Assembly (NCBI GenBank): GCA_026023565.1
Contig: JAPETS010000031.1
Span: forward strand, 310,001-359,268
DNA length: 49,268 nt
Source of the DNA: Cirrosporium novae-zelandiae
Taxonomy: Eukaryota
Reading direction: 5' to 3'
Positions 49,115 to 49,268 of this stretch are shown here, in pieces (position 1 is the first letter of the stretch; the number at the start of each line of letters is the position of its first letter). Both the position numbers and the translations under genes were made by a program. A model generated the notes under the pieces. It was not told the origin of the DNA, made no database searches, and saw nothing but the letters and a program-made list of their open reading frames with translations.

Positions 49115-49268
49115 GGGTTAGGGTTAGGGTTAGGGTTAGGGTTAGGGTTAGGGTTAGGGTTAGGGTTAGGGTTAGGGTTAGGGTTAGGGTTAGGGTTAGG
49201 GTTAGGGTTAGGGTTAGGGTTAGGGTTAGGGTTAGGGTTAGGGTTAGGGTTAGGGTTAGGGTTAGGGT
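49115..49268 (+). repeat. Telomere repeat tract (TTAGGG)n, chromosome end
   Basis: About 25 perfect TTAGGG units run to the end of the sequence, with the G-rich strand 5'->3' toward the end. Confidence 0.99.

Noticed and set aside
1..49268. CRISPR arrays, tRNA genes, LTR elements
   Set aside because: Eukaryotic sequence with no repeat-spacer arrays. I found no convincing cloverleaf or paired LTRs by eye; a tRNAscan-SE/RepeatModeler run would be needed to exclude them formally.

Overview
The window is the terminal ~49 kb of a filamentous-ascomycete chromosome arm. It has spliceosomal GT-AG introns with CTRAC/CTAAY branch points and dispersed 5S rRNA genes, and it ends in about 25 TTAGGG telomere repeats. 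A Leotiomycete-like source is only my impression. I can support 18 protein-coding genes: a GH3 beta-glucosidase (truncated by the window start), an NCS1 permease, a SIM+RING protein, a DUF2235 hydrolase, two SAM methyltransferases, a bZIP factor, two MFS transporters, a DUF2406 protein, a PhyH dioxygenase, a secreted alpha-carbonic anhydrase, a PcaB/adenylosuccinate-lyase-like C-N/C-O lyase, two IPNS-like 2OG-Fe(II) dioxygenases, two secreted effector-like proteins and an amino acid permease. There are also two intact 5S rRNA genes in opposite orientation and a truncated kinase-like gene next to the telomere. Four things stand out. (1) A shared ~45 bp motif lies about 100 bp downstream of both 5S genes; it may be the end of a 5S-associated mobile element, and on one side it is followed by an intronless STUbL-like (two SIMs + RING) gene. 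(2) A dioxygenase-transporter-dioxygenase module with an adjacent lyase has no biosynthetic backbone gene and has GATA-rich promoters, suggesting an uncharacterised nutrient-scavenging pathway. (3) A divergent pair of secreted proteins comprises a 5-exon 6-Cys protein missed by the ORF track and a possible aerolysin-like pore former. (4) The telomere abuts gene-like DNA with no recognisable subtelomeric repeat block. All exon models were assembled by eye and need RNA-seq confirmation.
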